From: Eledone cirrhosa | Taxonomy: Eukaryota | DNA length: 64,000 nt | NCBI GenBank assembly: GCA_964016885.1 | Contig: CAXHJY010000001.1 | Coordinates: forward strand, 372,001-436,000 | Direction: 5' to 3' | Shown here: piece by piece, positions 63,201-64,000 of the stretch | Layout: the number at the start of each line of letters is the position of its first letter | Position numbering within the stretch: the stretch's first letter is position 1 | Notes under the pieces: generated by a model | The model's input: the letters and a program-made list of their open reading frames with translations, nothing else | Told to the model about the DNA's origin: nothing | The model's database searches: none | Program-made: the position numbers and the translations under genes

Positions 63201-64000
63201 CTGTAGACACACAGACACTGTAGACACACAGACACTGTAGACAGAGACACTGTAGACACACAGACACTGTAGACACACAGACGTAGACACACATACATTG
63301 TAGACACACATACATTGTAGACACACAGACACTGTAGACACACAGACACTGTAGACACACAGACAATGTAGAGACACAGACACTGTAGACACACAGACAC
63401 TGTAGACACACAGACGTAGACACACAGACACTGTAGACACACATACATTGTAGACACACAGACACTGTAGACACACAGACACTGTAGACACACAAACACT
63501 GTAGACACACAAACACTGTAGACCGACAGACAGTGTAGACACACAGACAATGTAGAGACAGAGACAATGTAGACACACAGACAATGTAGACACACAGACA
63601 ATGTAGACACACAGACAATGTAGACACACAGACACTGTAGACACACAGACACTGTAGACACACAGACACTGTAGACACACAGACACTGTAGACACAGACA
63701 CTGTAGACACACAGACATTGTAGACACAGACACTGTAGACACAGACACTGTAGACACACAGACATTGTAGACACAGACACTGTAGAGACACAGACATTGT
63801 AGACACAGACACTGTAGACACAGACACTGTAGACACACAGACACTGTAGAGACACAGACACTGTAGACACACAGACATTGTAGACACAGACACTGTAGAC
63901 ACACAGACACTGTAGAACCACAGACACTGTAGACACACAGACAATGTAGAGACACAGACAATGTAGAGACACAGACACTGTAGACACACAGACACTGTAG
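48209..64000. repeat. Large satellite array (>15.7 kb, runs off the window) of 15/17-bp CTGTAGACAC(AC)AGACA units with kb-scale higher-order duplications
   Basis: Continuous tandem units. Near-identical variant blocks recur at 52514, 58518 and 61260. Confidence 0.98.

Noticed and set aside
48533-63995. Very long Cys/Val/Ser-rich minus-strand ORFs (up to 968 aa; also at 64-2626)
   Set aside because: They are translations of the 15/17-bp satellite, open in all three frames because the unit lacks stops on that strand. There is no sign of real coding.

Overview
Eukaryotic, AT-rich, repeat-dense animal DNA. The SINE/LINE repertoire and microsatellite load suggest an octopus-like cephalopod (inference). 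The only host gene is the 3' part of a fasciclin (FAS1)-domain gene on the + strand: four phase-compatible GT-AG exons at 2683-2833, 4188-4413, 12779-12896 and 15766-15986. The rest is a 15/17-bp CTGTAGACAC(AC)AGACA satellite (1-2360 and 48209-64000) and a nested stack of retroelements. These include an intact RTE LINE with a PHD finger inside its RT and a 98-bp monomer array at its 5' end, inserted cleanly into a second RTE LINE that has three C2H2 fingers and an otherwise unbroken ORF. An intact R4/Dong-like RLE retrotransposon has both of its copies in (CATA)n. There are also Penelope-like elements with inverted repeats and hammerhead-ribozyme motifs (one apparently intact at 45284-45354), CRE and CR1 fragments, bipartite non-autonomous RTEs, CORE-like SINEs and a piggyBac-type MITE. 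A pentamer array at about 46800-48208 changes stepwise from AT-only to GC-only units and abuts the satellite. The long Cys/Val/Ser-rich and RAEPS/GSARL ORFs in the track are repeat translations, not genes.
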